Shown in pieces: positions 21,162 through 31,078 of a DNA stretch of 64,000 bases. This DNA is from a virus. Lineage: Duplodnaviria; Caudoviricetes. The position numbers and the translations under genes were made by a program. Within the stretch, counting starts at the first letter, position 1. Each line of letters begins with the position of its first letter. Location: positions 32,001 through 96,000 of IMG/VR virus record IMGVR_UViG_3300038300_000071; one strand, written 5' to 3'. The notes beneath the pieces are model-generated. The model was not told where the DNA came from and did no database searches. It saw only the letters and a program-made list of their open reading frames with translations.

Positions 21162-21235
21162 CGGAATGTAGCGCAGTCTGGTAGCGCGTCTCGTTTGGGA
21201 CGAGAAGGTCGCAGGTTCGATCCCTGTCATTCCGA
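21162..21235 (+). tRNA. tRNA-Pro(TGG)
   Basis: Canonical CGG start, tctcg-tt-TGG-ga-cgaga. Confidence 0.95.
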
Positions 21236-21297
21236 TTTTTTAAAAAGAAAATAATAGGACGCAAGTGGGTTCTGAAATATGATAGGGATTTGGTAAA

Positions 21298-21963
21298 ATG
21301 GTAAAGAATTTAAATTTTGTAGTTTTAGCTTTAATTTTGGTTGTTTCTTTTGGTTGTGAGACTTTAGTGAAGAGGAGTTCTCTGGGGTCTTATGAAAAAG
21401 TTCTTTCATGGGGAGAAAGCGAAAAATTATATTATAGTAATTATAATTTTGTATATGTTGAGAGAGGAAAGAGTCATACGTTTGATGGAGTGAGTCGTGT
21501 TTATGATGCGGAGTTGATTGGATCAAGACAGGGAGAGAATTTAACTGTTTCCGAAGTTAGAGTCTTCTACAGAGATAAGTCCAAGTCATTTAAAGTAAAC
21601 AGGCCCGTTCTGAGTTTTGGAAATACTAAAGAGAATGGATATGGAGATAAGATTAAGACAGGCGGAATGCATTACATGTCGGCTGGATATCTTGATGATC
21701 TTTTGGCAGATGTTGGCAGATATAGGAAGTTGCTTGCGGGCAGTTATGAGCATTCTTCTGGCGCTAAAATAGTCCTAGATGAGAATGGAGAGGGTGTTTC
21801 TGGGAGTGAGAAGATTTTATTGTCAAATCAGTTTGGAAGGTCTGATCTTGTACTTACGAATGGACAAAGAAATCTTCCAGTTTTATCATTTGATGAAGGC
21901 GGCATGGTTCTTGGAAACGAGAAACATAAAATAGTTTTCAAGAAGATTAATGTTAAAAAATAA
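21298..21963 (+). CDS. putative lipoprotein
   Basis: Hydrophobic signal peptide ending in SFGC lipobox. Confidence 0.6.
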   Translation: MVKNLNFVVLALILVVSFGCETLVKRSSLGSYEKVLSWGESEKLYYSNYNFVYVERGKSHTFDGVSRVYDAELIGSRQGENLTVSEVRVFYRDKSKSFKVNRPVLSFGNTKENGYGDKIKTGGMHYMSAGYLDDLLADVGRYRKLLAGSYEHSSGAKIVLDENGEGVSGSEKILLSNQFGRSDLVLTNGQRNLPVLSFDEGGMVLGNEKHKIVFKKINVKK

Positions 21964-21979
21964 GATTTATGATTGTTGA

Positions 21980-22098
21980 TCATGCTGCGGTATGGTCGCA
22001 CTTTGATGACATGGCAATTTCGCTACCGCATCAAAGATCGAATTGGATAGCGGTATCCGATTTGACGGAATTGAGCAACTGCCGAAAAGGGTGCTCAC
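21980..22098 (+). ncRNA. unidentified structured RNA (candidate pseudoknot plus two hairpins)
   Basis: GC-richer intergenic island with several complementary pairs. Confidence 0.45.
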
Positions 22099-22100
22099 AA

Positions 22101-22216
22101 CAGTGTATGGCTGATATTGGTTAGGCTCGTCGATATTTATGATTACTAAATACACATTTAATGTGGCGGTGATTTCTATGATCTTCGATATTTGGGTTCG
22201 ATTCCCGAAACACTGA
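22101..22216 (+). ncRNA. tRNA-like RNA with expanded anticodon arm
   Basis: cagtgt/acactg acceptor, D arm, GGTTCGATTCC T arm, roughly 60 nt central domain. Confidence 0.6.
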
Positions 22217-22242
22217 TAGTTTTGAAAAGAAGAGTAGTATAT

Positions 22243-22314
22243 GCGAAAGTAGCTCAATGGTAGAGCACCATCCTTCCAAGTTGGTTGTTGCGGGTTCGAG
22301 TCCCGTCTTTCGCT
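22243..22314 (+). tRNA. tRNA-Gly(TCC)
   Basis: GCG start, ct-TCC-aa, U73. Confidence 0.95.
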
Positions 22315-22604
22315 TTTAGAATTATAAATTGGAGAATCCATAATGGGAATATTTTATTCATATTGCACAAGATGCAATAAACAACTTAGGTATTTTATTG
22401 AGTATGGTCATGATGGAATCGAGTGTGATGTATGTTCTCATTTCAATATCGATAGTGATGTAAAGGGAACACTTTTTAAATATAACAATGGCAGGCCGGA
22501 TGGCGCATTGAATATATGGGGAGAAGAAATAATGGAAAGTAAAATGAAACGAAAGATAAAACATAGCATTTAAAGCCTTCTAAGTTGGGGAGGCAAAAAT
22601 TAAT

Positions 22605-22678
22605 GCCTCCGTAGCTCAGTTGGTTAGAGCATCTGACTTTTAATCAGAATGTCATGGGTTCGAATCCCATCGGGGGCA
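22605..22678 (+). tRNA. tRNA-Lys(TTT)
   Basis: tctga-ct-TTT-aa-tcaga. Confidence 0.95.
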
Positions 22679-23141
22679 CTTTCAAAAGGGAGACGTTCGT
22701 GAACAACATAGATTATTTAAGAGAAGATTTAGCTCGGATTCTAGATAAGAGCAGTAGTCTGAGTTGTGAGTTTCTAAGTGCAGTTCTTGAGTTGAATATT
22801 ATGCGAAGAGAATTTAAAGTTTCGATGGGATCTAATTTTGATGGATTCTTGACAATAGGGTATAAAGAAGTATATAAATAAAAACAAAGAGGAAATAACA
22901 TGGTTTACAGTTTTAATTTTAGTGCGGAAGATGAAGTAGACGTAATTCAAGTTTTGGAAACTAAAAATGGATACGTTTACTTTCAAGATGGTGATAGAAA
23001 GGGAAGAATAGAAGAAAAGTTCTTTGCGATGAACTTTACCCATGTTGAAGCTCCACTGGTATAATAAAAAGAAACAATATATAAAAAGGACTTACTTTAA
23101 ATAGTAAGTCCTTTTTTTGTATAGTAATTATAAAATATACT

Positions 23142-23678
23142 ATGGTGGAAGAAATGTCGGTTCGTAAAGTAATATGGTTAACGGGAATGTCTGGTGCGGG
23201 AAAATCAACTATATCTTCAATGCTTGAAGAGAAGCTTTTGGTTAAAGGGTATAGTGTGAAAATACTAGATGGAGATGAAGTCAGGGAAAATCTAACTTCT
23301 GATCTTGGCTTTAGCAAGAAGGACAGAGATGAAAATGTAAAAAGAATTTCTTATGTGGCTAAATGTATATGCGATGTTGACGGGGTGGCCATAGTTGCTG
23401 CTATTTCTCCATACAAGGATGCAAGGCAGAAGGCTATATCTTTAATTGGTGAAGATAACTTTTTAGGAGTTTTTGTCAAGTGTGATATTGATACGCTGAT
23501 AAGCAGAGATGTTAAGGGTTTGTATGAAAAGGCTATTCGTGGTGACATTCCAAATTTCACAGGAATAAGCGATCCTTATGAAGATCCTTTAGGTTTTGAA
23601 GTTGTTTGTAATACAGCGGTAGAGACTATTGAAGAATCGGCAAACAAGATAATCAAGAAGTTGGAAGGTAAATCCTAA
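23142..23678 (+). CDS. cysC: adenylylsulfate kinase
   Basis: WLTGMSGAGKST, LDGDEVR, ISPY, RDVKGLY, FTGISDPYE. Confidence 0.95.
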   Translation: MVEEMSVRKVIWLTGMSGAGKSTISSMLEEKLLVKGYSVKILDGDEVRENLTSDLGFSKKDRDENVKRISYVAKCICDVDGVAIVAAISPYKDARQKAISLIGEDNFLGVFVKCDIDTLISRDVKGLYEKAIRGDIPNFTGISDPYEDPLGFEVVCNTAVETIEESANKIIKKLEGKS

Positions 23679-23981
23679 GTTTTTTTATATTCTAGCCGTA
23701 TGTAAACAGCTAGGGTCTAAAGATGTCAAGAAAAGTTATCATAAGTCTTTTTAAGTGCAGGCTAGATTGCAATCCTTTTGAGACGATAGAGAATAAGCCA
23801 GACGGGGCGTTGATGATATGGGGATTGAGCAGCATTCCAAGCTGTTATGATTTTCAGAATTATTTAGATTATATCAGAGATGCAATCGATATGAATAAAT
23901 CAAAGTAAAATTCTTCTTTAAAAATTATATTTCTTTTATAAAATTCATATTAGTAAATAAATGCTAACGTGGAGTTTTTAA

Positions 23982-24980
23982 ATGGGATATATCAAGAATC
24001 CTTCTGATAATGGTCAGTTTTGGAGAGAATCAGCGGCTAATGATAGCGCCTCTGTTTGGCATGGTTTTGATAGTAAAAATAACGGTAAAGACAAATTTTT
24101 CAAATCAGAAACATTGCCAAATAATCCAGATACCTTGAAAGAAACTGGAACTGTTTCTTCTAGTGGCGATAGGCTGTTGGCTGGTGTTTATGGAGATATT
24201 CCAAGTGTTTCTCTTTGGACTCCTGAGTCTATTATTACTGACGTTTGGTTTGATGCTTCTGATTCTAGCACCATTACTGAAATTGGGGGCCGAGTTAGTC
24301 AGTTGGATGACAAGAGTAATAATGCTGTACCTCAGAATATTGCTCAAGGGGTTGGATCGGAGCAGCCACAGACAGGAGTTGACACTTTAAATGGTTTGAA
24401 TGTGCTTACATTCGATGAGGCTTTCGATGAGGGTTTACAAAAGAATGGATGGGATAACATCGGTAAAGCGGGTAGTTTTTCTGTCTTTACTGTTGGGAAG
24501 ATGACGTCGAGTACAAATGGAAGCTTCCTAAACCTTCAAGATGATATGCATACTTACAGAAATAGATTTGATCCATATGGAAAGAGAACGTCGAGCAGTG
24601 TTCCAAAGTCCGTCAGTTATACAGAGCCAAGCTCGGCATACATTCTTAACGGAAATGCAAGATATGATGTGAGTCACACACTTCCTGACAGTTATTTCAA
24701 CGTTTTCATAAATGGTACACAAGAGGGTGTTAATGCCTTCTTCGACAATCCATTGCCAGAGAATGCCCCCAGTCCAAGGCTTGCAATGATGACTGCCAAC
24801 AATCCTGCCATTACAAATAGTGGAATAGTTGCAGAAGTTATAATCACCGAGGATATTGATGAAGTGTCTAGACAGAGAGTGGAAGGCTATTTGGCTTGGA
24901 AGTGGGGATTGGTAGACAGTCTTCCATCTAATCACCCTTATAAAAATAAACCTCCATACATTACTAGCGGAAACTTATAG
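23982..24980 (+). CDS. variable-core paralog 1 (putative LamG/ConA-like virion adhesin)
   Basis: Conserved N-term MGYIKNPSDNGQ...KSETLPN and C-term EGYLAWKWG...HPYK. Confidence 0.7.
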   Translation: MGYIKNPSDNGQFWRESAANDSASVWHGFDSKNNGKDKFFKSETLPNNPDTLKETGTVSSSGDRLLAGVYGDIPSVSLWTPESIITDVWFDASDSSTITEIGGRVSQLDDKSNNAVPQNIAQGVGSEQPQTGVDTLNGLNVLTFDEAFDEGLQKNGWDNIGKAGSFSVFTVGKMTSSTNGSFLNLQDDMHTYRNRFDPYGKRTSSSVPKSVSYTEPSSAYILNGNARYDVSHTLPDSYFNVFINGTQEGVNAFFDNPLPENAPSPRLAMMTANNPAITNSGIVAEVIITEDIDEVSRQRVEGYLAWKWGLVDSLPSNHPYKNKPPYITSGNL

Positions 24981-25043
24981 AGATTAGAGATATTTCTTTT
25001 ATAAAATTCATATTGGTAAATAAATGCTAATATGGAGATTCAA

Positions 25044-25985
25044 ATGGGATATATCAAGAATCCTTCTGATAATGGTCAGTTTTGGAGAGAATCAGCGGCT
25101 AATGACAGCGCTTCTGTTTGGCATGGTTTTGATAGTAAGAATAATGGTAAAGACAAATTTTTCAAATCAGAAACATTGCCAAATAATACAAAGGCTTTAA
25201 GTGAGTCTGGGTCTATTGCTTCTAGTGGTAATAGATTAATTGCTGGGGTTTATGGAGATCAAGCTTCTCTTCCTGCAAGTCTTTGGAATCCTTCTCTGAT
25301 GACATCTGTGGGTTGGTACGATGCTGATGATAGTTCTACAATTACAGAGTCTGCTGGAGCTATTAGCCAATGGGATGATAAGTCTGGGAATGACAATCAT
25401 GCTGTTCAGGGCGTTGGAAGCAAACAGCCAATTTACAATGCAAGTGATCCCGTGTTCGGTGGAAAGCCTTCCATATTGGGCGTTTTGGGTGATTATTTAG
25501 AAACTCCATCTATGTCAATAAATAGAATGTATTTAACTTTATATTTGGACGGTGTGGCAACGGCATGGCCAAATCATAATGCGGTAGTATCAGGGCCTTC
25601 TTTCCGTTTAACGGGTAGAGTTGGTGATGTTCACGTATGGGATGGCCCTAGAGACAATAAGAATTTTGATTTTAATGGAAGTACATTTAGGGATGGAAGT
25701 ACTGTTGATGTTAATTACGATCCAACTGGTTTGCCGATGGCGGGTGACATCTTTAGGATAAACGCTGAAAGCACAAAGACTCAAGTTTGGAGGTTGATGG
25801 GGAATACTCAAACATATACAACTTGGCATGGTGGTTTGGCAGAGGTGATATTTACAGACGGATCAGAGGATTTCAACACACAGCAAAAAATAGAAGGTTA
25901 CCTTGCTTGGAAGTGGGGATTTGTGGACAAGTTTCCAGCTGAGCATCCTTACAAGTCAGCTCCTCCATATATAGATGCTTATTAA
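25044..25985 (+). CDS. variable-core paralog 2
   Basis: Same termini; true start is MGYIK at 25044. Confidence 0.7.
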   Translation: MGYIKNPSDNGQFWRESAANDSASVWHGFDSKNNGKDKFFKSETLPNNTKALSESGSIASSGNRLIAGVYGDQASLPASLWNPSLMTSVGWYDADDSSTITESAGAISQWDDKSGNDNHAVQGVGSKQPIYNASDPVFGGKPSILGVLGDYLETPSMSINRMYLTLYLDGVATAWPNHNAVVSGPSFRLTGRVGDVHVWDGPRDNKNFDFNGSTFRDGSTVDVNYDPTGLPMAGDIFRINAESTKTQVWRLMGNTQTYTTWHGGLAEVIFTDGSEDFNTQQKIEGYLAWKWGFVDKFPAEHPYKSAPPYIDAY

Positions 25986-26054
25986 GATCATTTAAAAATT
26001 ATATTTCTTTTATAAAATTCATGTTAGTAAATAAATGCTAATATGGAGATTTAA

Positions 26055-26996
26055 ATGGGATATATCAAGAATCCTTCTGACAATGGTCAGTCTTGGAGAG
26101 AATCAGCCGCTGATAATTCGGCTATCCGTTGGCATGGTTTCGATAGTAAGAATAATGGTAAAGACAAATTTTTCAAATCAGAAACATTACCAAATGATCC
26201 AGACGCACTTGTTGCTGCTGGAGTCAATGCTTCTAGCGGTGATAGACTATTGGCTGGTGTTTATGGAGATATTCCAAGTGTTAATCTTTGGACTCCTGCT
26301 GGAGTCGTTACAGAACTTTGGCTTGATGCCACCGATGCTTCAACTATTACAGAATTATCTGGATCTGTGAGTCAGTGGGATGATAAGAGTGGTAGCGGTA
26401 ACGACTTCCCTCAGGGAAATGCATCCAGACAACCTATAACGGGAGTAAGAACTCTCAATGGCCTAAATGTTCTCGATTTCGATGGTGGTGATAGCATGCA
26501 AAGAGGGAGTTTGGCGAATGTGGCGAATGACTTCATTATGGTAGGAGTTTGGGATGTAGATTCGGGCGCAACACTGTTTTCAGAAACAGGTTCTCCTCAG
26601 GCTTGGAATGCAACAACTGCTGGTCTCACTACGCAATTGGATGGCACTATGCTTTACTCTGGAGGCACGATAAGCGGAGCAACTGTCGTTTCTTTTGATA
26701 TGAATCCTACGGGCCTTAATGCAGAGGCTTTTGTAAACGGAGAAAGTCAGGCAATACTTGCTCTGACGCAAAGCCTTGGAAATAGTACTGCCCGTATAGC
26801 TGCGAACTTTGTTGGCGGTTCTAATGTAGTTGGAGGAATGGGTGAAATGGTTATCTCCGATGACCGATCAGTAGAAACTCGTCAAAAGATCGAAGGATAC
26901 TTGGCTTGGAAGTGGGGTACGGAATCTGATCTTCCAGTTGGACATCCGTATAAGAACAAACCTCCATATATCACTAGTGGAAGTTTATTAGTTTAA
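26055..26996 (+). CDS. variable-core paralog 3
   Basis: Same conserved termini. Confidence 0.7.
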   Translation: MGYIKNPSDNGQSWRESAADNSAIRWHGFDSKNNGKDKFFKSETLPNDPDALVAAGVNASSGDRLLAGVYGDIPSVNLWTPAGVVTELWLDATDASTITELSGSVSQWDDKSGSGNDFPQGNASRQPITGVRTLNGLNVLDFDGGDSMQRGSLANVANDFIMVGVWDVDSGATLFSETGSPQAWNATTAGLTTQLDGTMLYSGGTISGATVVSFDMNPTGLNAEAFVNGESQAILALTQSLGNSTARIAANFVGGSNVVGGMGEMVISDDRSVETRQKIEGYLAWKWGTESDLPVGHPYKNKPPYITSGSLLV

Positions 26997-27054
26997 AAGG
27001 ATATTTCTTTTATAAAATTCATGTTGGTAAATAAGTGCTAATATGGAGATTTAA

Positions 27055-27996
27055 ATGGGATATATCAAGAATCCTTCTGACAACGGACAGTTTTGGAGAG
27101 AATCAGCGGCCAATGATAGTGCTTCTGTTTGGCACGGTTTTGATAGTAAAAATAATGGTAAAGATAAATTTTTCAAATCAGAAACATTGCCAAATGATCC
27201 AAAATCTTTAATTGCATCTGGAGCTATTGCTTCTAGTGGCGATAGATTTTTAGCTGGTGTTTATGGTGATCTTCCAAAAGTTTCTCTTTGGACTCCTGCA
27301 AAAATAGCCACATCTCTTTGGCTGGATGCCTCTGATCCTGCTACAATAACTGAGTCGGTAGGATCGGTCAGTCAGTGGGATGATAAGTCTGGAAATGGTA
27401 ACAATGTAATACAAGCCTCAGGAGTCAATCAGCCAGAAACTGGAGTAAGAGATATTAATGGATTAAACGTTCTTGATTTTGATGGCTCGGACAGCATGAC
27501 AAGAGGGGCTTTGGCGAGCAGATCTGATGATTTCATTGTGGTTGGCGTTTGGTATGTGGATTTTGTTATTTCAAGTCGCAGGAAGAATACGATGTTCGCA
27601 CAATCTGGGATATCTCAAGATTGGAATATGACAACCTCCGATATAGTCTTGCAGAGTGATGGATCTGATGCTTATTCTGGAGGCGTTTTGGCTGGTGTTA
27701 GTAGTATTATTTCTTATGATGTTAATTTTTCTGGATTGAATACTGAGGCTTTTATTAATGGTTCCAGTGAAGCGAATGTTGTGATGTCTCAGTCAGTAGG
27801 AAATTCCACAACAAATATTGGCATAGGGTTTACCGCTTCGAATTTCAATTTTTTCGGAGGTATGGGAGAGATTATTATCTCTAACGATAGATCTGTATCA
27901 ACTCGTCAAAAAATAGAAGGCTATCTTGCTTGGAAGTGGGATCAAGTTTCCAAGCTTCCTGCTGATCATCCTTATAAGAATGTACCACCCTGTTGA
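27055..27996 (+). CDS. variable-core paralog 4
   Basis: Same conserved termini. Confidence 0.7.
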   Translation: MGYIKNPSDNGQFWRESAANDSASVWHGFDSKNNGKDKFFKSETLPNDPKSLIASGAIASSGDRFLAGVYGDLPKVSLWTPAKIATSLWLDASDPATITESVGSVSQWDDKSGNGNNVIQASGVNQPETGVRDINGLNVLDFDGSDSMTRGALASRSDDFIVVGVWYVDFVISSRRKNTMFAQSGISQDWNMTTSDIVLQSDGSDAYSGGVLAGVSSIISYDVNFSGLNTEAFINGSSEANVVMSQSVGNSTTNIGIGFTASNFNFFGGMGEIIISNDRSVSTRQKIEGYLAWKWDQVSKLPADHPYKNVPPC

Positions 27997-28041
27997 TGGT
28001 GGTTGACTGAATCTTTATAAATACTAACATGGAGTTTTTAA

Positions 28042-28986
28042 ATGGGATATATCAAGAATCCTTCTGACAATGGTCAGTCTTGGAGAGAATCAGCGGCCAA
28101 TGATAGCGCTTCTATCTGGCATGGTTTCGATAGTAAGAATAATGGTAAAGACAAATTCTTTAAATCAGAAACATTGCCCAATGGTACAAAGGCTTTAAGT
28201 GAGTCTGGGTCTATTGCTTCTAGTGGTAATAGATTATTAGCTGGTGTTTATGGTAATCAATCTTCACTTCCTGCAAGCCTTTGGACTCCTAACAATATAA
28301 CTACATCAGCTTGGTTTGATGCTTCTGATGCGTCAACTATCACAGAGTCTGCCAATAAAGTTTCTCAATGGGATGATAAAAGTGGAAATAGCAAACACGC
28401 TGTGCAAGCAACTGGATCTCAACAACCGACCTATAAGCCTACCGATGCTAATATGAATGGGATGGGTAGTATCGGAGTTACAAGTAATACTGGAGCGAAA
28501 GGATTAGAAGTACCATCATTCGGAGCGAAGATTTGCTATACAGTCATTAGAAATGACAACGCCAACTTCTCATCATTCGATGTGCTGCTTGCAGGTGCGC
28601 TTGATAGATACCTTGTTCGTGGTAGTTCAGGAACTCCAGACTTCTATACTATCGGAACTCTTGAGTTCAATGATTTTACATATAAGAATGGTTCCACGGT
28701 AAGCACGGCCTTAAACGTACTTCCAATGCCGACAGCAACGATTTTCAAATTTGAAAGTGCCGCAATAAGAGAGCAGACATGGAGTTTCGGGTTTGGTAAT
28801 CAATGGGCTGGCAATAATAGAACATGGGATGGTGCTTATTCAGAGTTTATATTTACAGATGGAACTGAGGACTTATCTACACAGCAAAAGATCGAAGGAT
28901 ACCTAGCTTGGAAATGGGGAACAGAAGCTTCATTGCCTGTTAGTCATCCTTACAAGTCAGCTCCTCCATATATAGATGCTTATTAA
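28042..28986 (+). CDS. variable-core paralog 5
   Basis: Same conserved termini. Confidence 0.7.
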   Translation: MGYIKNPSDNGQSWRESAANDSASIWHGFDSKNNGKDKFFKSETLPNGTKALSESGSIASSGNRLLAGVYGNQSSLPASLWTPNNITTSAWFDASDASTITESANKVSQWDDKSGNSKHAVQATGSQQPTYKPTDANMNGMGSIGVTSNTGAKGLEVPSFGAKICYTVIRNDNANFSSFDVLLAGALDRYLVRGSSGTPDFYTIGTLEFNDFTYKNGSTVSTALNVLPMPTATIFKFESAAIREQTWSFGFGNQWAGNNRTWDGAYSEFIFTDGTEDLSTQQKIEGYLAWKWGTEASLPVSHPYKSAPPYIDAY

Positions 28987-29044
28987 TAGGATATTTCTTT
29001 TATAACTTTGTATTAGTAAATAAATGCTAACGTGGAGATTTTAA

Positions 29045-30076
29045 ATGGGATATATCAAGAATCCTTCTGACAATGGTCAGTTTTGGAGAGAATCAGCGGC
29101 TAATGATAGCGCTTCTATCTGGCATGGTTTCGATAGTAAGAATAATGGTAAAGACAAATTTTTCAAATCAGAGACATTGCCAAATGATCCAGCCGCACTT
29201 TCTGCCGCTGGAGTTAATGCTTCCAATGGAGATAGATTTTTAGCTGGTGTTTATGGAGATCAGTCTTCACTTCCTGCAAGCCTTTGGAATCCCGCTGAAA
29301 TATCCACTGAAGCTTGGTTCGATGCCAATGATGCTTCAACTATTACAGAATCAGCAGGAGCTGTAAGTCAGTGGGATGACAAGTCTGGCAATGTAAGAAA
29401 TCTTATTAACGCAACTGGCGTTCAACAGCCAATGACTGGAATTAGAACAATAGGCGGTTTAAACGCCCTAGATGCCGACGGGGTTACTCAACACCTATAT
29501 AACATTACAAACTTTGCATTTCCTGCCAGTGGAAACTTTATGGTGTTTGCGGTTGCAGTAGTAGACTCTTGCAGTGACAGAAATCAAGCTATATGGGCTT
29601 GGGATGATGATGTTGATATACAACTTGATAGTGCGCAAAACATTAATGAGTTCAGAGGTCGATTGTTTAACACTGACCCGACAAATCAAAACTTGCTATA
29701 CTCAACTAGCGACCCTGCACCATCTGGCTCAGTTATCGGACTAGACACGATGTGGACTACGGTCATGGACTTCACCGCAACGGAGAGTCACTTATATCGG
29801 AACGGACTTAATAGTGTGCTTAATCCAACAAAACTATATGCTAACAAGGTAACTAGTACTGGATTGCAACAGTTTACTGCGTTTCTAGGTGGATTCCCTA
29901 TTGCGTTTACTCATTTGCTTGATGGCGCAATAGGAGAGTTGCTTATGGTAGAAGGAACTGACACTATTACTCAACAAAAGATGGAAGGCTATCTTGCTTG
30001 GAAGTGGGGACTAGTCGCTAAACTCCCATCTGGTCATCCTTACAAGTCAGCTCCTCCATATATAGATGCTTATTAA
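29045..30076 (+). CDS. variable-core paralog 6
   Basis: Same conserved termini. Confidence 0.7.
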   Translation: MGYIKNPSDNGQFWRESAANDSASIWHGFDSKNNGKDKFFKSETLPNDPAALSAAGVNASNGDRFLAGVYGDQSSLPASLWNPAEISTEAWFDANDASTITESAGAVSQWDDKSGNVRNLINATGVQQPMTGIRTIGGLNALDADGVTQHLYNITNFAFPASGNFMVFAVAVVDSCSDRNQAIWAWDDDVDIQLDSAQNINEFRGRLFNTDPTNQNLLYSTSDPAPSGSVIGLDTMWTTVMDFTATESHLYRNGLNSVLNPTKLYANKVTSTGLQQFTAFLGGFPIAFTHLLDGAIGELLMVEGTDTITQQKMEGYLAWKWGLVAKLPSGHPYKSAPPYIDAY

Positions 30077-30113
30077 TAGGATATTTCTTTTATAAAATTC
30101 GTATTAGTAAATA

Positions 30114-30225
30114 GCTTGGTACGACCCATCAGATGAGAGCACTATAACTGAATCGGCAGGAGCGGTATCTCAGCTTGATGATAAGAGTGGTAATGATTAC
30201 GACCTCGTTCAAGCTTCTGGAGAAT
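30114..30225 (+). pseudogene. remnant of a seventh paralog
   Basis: Translates AWYDPSDESTITESAGAVSQLDDKSGNDYDLVQASG directly after the shared upstream motif; no start codon and no C-terminal part. Confidence 0.75.
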
Positions 30226-30277
30226 TAGTCATTAAGTCTAGATTGAGAGAATAAGTGATAAAAACTCTAAAAAGAAC

Positions 30278-30306
30278 TTGCAATTAACTATTTATCATGG
30301 TATATT
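30278..30306 (+). promoter_or_regulatory. sigma70-type promoter of tRNA operon 2
   Basis: TTGCAA-17 nt-TATATT. Confidence 0.8.
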
Positions 30307-30362
30307 GGTTACACAGAAGAAAAAAGTATTATTAAAAACAATTTAAAAGAAAGAGATTTAAA

Positions 30363-30440
30363 ATGAAATTTTCAAGCTACAATTTAAGCAATTGTTCGAG
30401 TTACTTATATAGTAATTCGTATGATCCTGTGCTTAAATGA
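30363..30440 (+). CDS. attenuator leader peptide 2 (MKFSSYNLSNCSSYLYSNSYDPVLK)
   Basis: 17 consecutive S/Y/N/L/C codons matching the downstream tRNAs. Confidence 0.85.
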   Translation: MKFSSYNLSNCSSYLYSNSYDPVLK

Positions 30441-30465
30441 GGTAGCAAATAATTTTAAATATTTG

Positions 30466-30506
30466 AATCCCCTTTTGAGCTAATCACTCAGAAGGGGATT
30501 TTTTTT
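30466..30506 (+). terminator. attenuator terminator 2
   Basis: aatccccttttgag-ctaatca-ctcagaaggggatt plus T run. Confidence 0.85.
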
Positions 30507-30519
30507 GTTTGGATTTTAT

Positions 30520-30609
30520 GGAGATAGTCCGGCATGGACGAGGACACTGTTTTGAAAGCAGCTGCGCACTAATACGGCGTCGAGGGTTCGATTCCCTCTG
30601 TCTCCGCCA
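30520..30609 (+). tRNA. tRNA-Ser(TGA)
   Basis: Long variable arm, G73, encoded CCA. Confidence 0.9.
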
Positions 30610-30641
30610 TTTTTAAAAGATAGGAAAGTAAGAAGTTAAAT

Positions 30642-30714
30642 GAACAATTGGCCGATTGGATATAGGCGCAGGATTGCAAACCCTGTTAGGCGAGTTCGAT
30701 TCTCGCATTGTTCT
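30642..30714 (+). tRNA. tRNA-Cys(GCA)
   Basis: tt-GCA-aa loop, U73. Confidence 0.9.
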
Positions 30715-30718
30715 CTAA

Positions 30719-30808
30719 GGAATGGTATAACGAAATTGGTATCGTCGCTGGTTGCTAACCAGTTCAGCAGGTTAAATGGCTGTGTGGGTTCGAGTCCCAC
30801 TCATTCCG
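30719..30808 (+). tRNA. tRNA-Ser(GCT)
   Basis: gctgg-tt-GCT-aa-ccagt, long variable arm, G73. Confidence 0.9.
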
Positions 30809-30828
30809 CTTTAATGAAGAAGTTTGAA

Positions 30829-30905
30829 GTGTATATTTGTCCAAGGTGGCGATATGTTACGCATTGTAGTTCAGGAACTAGGTTCGAGTCCTAGCTTATA
30901 TGCAC
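30829..30905 (+). ncRNA. tRNA-like RNA without a canonical anticodon loop
   Basis: gtgtatat/atatgcac stem and ctagGTTCGAGTCctag T arm; no 7-nt anticodon loop. Confidence 0.5.
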
Positions 30906-30913
30906 TTTTTTTT

Positions 30914-30986
30914 GATGGAGTAACCAAATTGGTATTGGTCTTGCCTGTTAAGCAAGTATGAGTGAGTTCGATTCTCATCTCCATCT
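30914..30986 (+). tRNA. tRNA-Asn(GTT)
   Basis: cttgc-ct-GTT-aa-gcaag; atypical U73. Confidence 0.8.
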
Positions 30987-30990
30987 TTTT

Positions 30991-31062
30991 AGGCGTGTAT
31001 CTCAATGGTAGAGACTTCGGTTGTTACCCGAAAGGTTGCTGGTTCGAGTCCAGCCGTGCCTG
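30991..31062 (+). tRNA. tRNA-Asn(GTT)
   Basis: ttcgg-tt-GTT-ac-ccgaa, G73. Confidence 0.85.
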
Positions 31063-31078
31063 TTGTTAGTAAGAATAA

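Larger units (their letters stand above)
23927..30112 (+). repeat. repeated upstream motif ATATTTCTTTTATAAAATTCATATTAGTAAATAAATGCTAA..TGGAG before each paralog
   Basis: Copies near 23927, 24990, 26000, 27000, 28990 and 30080 (shortened copy near 28010). Confidence 0.85.

Noticed and set aside
23927-30112. Repeats in the paralog array as a CRISPR array or DGR
   Set aside because: Repeat spacing is about 1 kb and coding; no cas gene, reverse transcriptase or adenine-specific TR/VR pair is seen.
30829-30905. Calling this element tRNA-Tyr because of TTGTAG
   Set aside because: No stem places GTA in a 7-nt loop; kept as tRNA-like only.
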